In this document: piece after piece, positions 63,132 to 64,000 of the stretch
How positions within the stretch are numbered: the stretch's first letter is position 1
Layout: the number at the start of each line of letters is the position of its first letter
NCBI RefSeq assembly: GCF_035594765.1
Contig: NC_085845.1
Span: 13,758,024 to 13,822,023 of the forward strand
Reading direction: 5' to 3'
Length of the DNA stretch: 64,000 nucleotides
From: Anolis carolinensis
Taxonomy: Eukaryota
Position numbers and translations under genes: made by a program
The notes under the pieces: generated by a model
Told to the model about the DNA's origin: nothing
What the model saw: the letters and a program-made list of their open reading frames with translations, nothing else
The model's database searches: none

Positions 63132-64000
63132 ATATTAAAAATTAAAATACTGTCAATCTCCAGGACTCAGGATCCTCCAGTATGTTCAAGAATCAGTGTT
63201 TCTACAATCATAAGTAGAAATCATAACTCATTTCTTTGATGTCATGTTATCTTTTTAATCTAACAAGTGTGGTTTCTTGGTTATTCCATCTGCACACTAA
63301 TTTTAGGCAGGAAGGCTCTGCAAAAACCAATAGTTAGAACTATACTTTTGAAGTGGCACATTATTTTCCATCTAGACTGACTTTCCGGTGACCTAAGTAA
63401 GGCTTTTAATTAGTCATAAAGCTTTAATTTAGCATGATATTGAGTCACTGTCTCCCCTCCTTTTTATTCTTAGCGGGGAATACATTTTATTTTAATTGCC
63501 TTTTGTATTACAACCTGTGACAGACTCAAGCAGTGAAGCAACTTGGCTACAAGTTCAAACAAGTGCCTATATCTCAAACCACTAAGGGTCTTTTAAAGAT
63601 GGATTATGAAGTAAAAAAAAAAAATCTAACTGAAAAGAAGCTGGAGAGATTTGTTTGCTTTCCAACAAAGGACACAGTTAACCATTGCAAGAACCAAATT
63701 TAGAAGTGTGTAACCTTAGTCTCATTCCAAAAGCATATTGCAAGTTATTAGTTCAGACCTCTGACAAGAATAATTGGTTCTTCCCTCTGCAGCCAGCTAG
63801 ACAGGGAGGAAGAGAAAAGAGAATAGGGGAATTAAACCGTGACTAAGAGAATGCAGTGTGAGAAAGAGAAAGAAAAGGAAAATAAAAAGTGATGTTAGAG
63901 AGAAAGATGATGGCAAAAAAGGGGGGGATGTGGAAACATAGAAGATCCCTCATTGCCCAAGTATGATGGTCTGTCAAATGCAGTGTCTTGGCAGTGGATA

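Noticed and set aside
52000-64000. FRAS1 exon 15 (and exon 2 in 1-9426)
   Set aside because: No Cys-rich furin-like exon with splice sites found; probably outside the window, though the 142-N gap cannot be excluded
1-64000. CRISPR array or other prokaryotic system
   Set aside because: No regularly spaced repeats or operon-like ORFs; the sequence is vertebrate intron/exon DNA

Overview
Vertebrate (squamate) genomic DNA, most likely an Anolis lizard judging by its repeats (Sauria SINE, 5S-derived SINE, SPIN/OC1-type hATs, Vingi, Dong/R4, Penelope). The window lies entirely inside one + strand gene, FRAS1. I find 11 coding exons with canonical AG/GT ends and consistent phases, equivalent to human exons 3-10 and 12-14 and encoding VWC1-6 plus the first furin-like repeats. 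A convincing orthologue of the 36-nt human micro-exon 11 is absent; there is only a weak 27-nt candidate. The introns are densely filled with nested transposons, many with readable target-site duplications (TSDs). Best second-look items: (1) Penelope-derived minimal hammerhead ribozyme motifs, one with an intact core on the FRAS1 sense strand at 63008-63048; (2) a near-perfect 70-nt pre-miRNA-like hairpin at 37185-37254; (3) a Vingi LINE with a twin-priming-type 5' inversion; (4) a mariner inside a SPIN MITE near an OC1-like MITE; (5) a solo LTR inside a solo LTR, with the empty site present elsewhere in the window; (6) a possible antisense 270-nt exon. No prokaryote-type system (CRISPR, operon) is present, and I cannot support a wholly new biological system. 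Family names and human exon numbers come from memory of consensus sequences, not from a database search.
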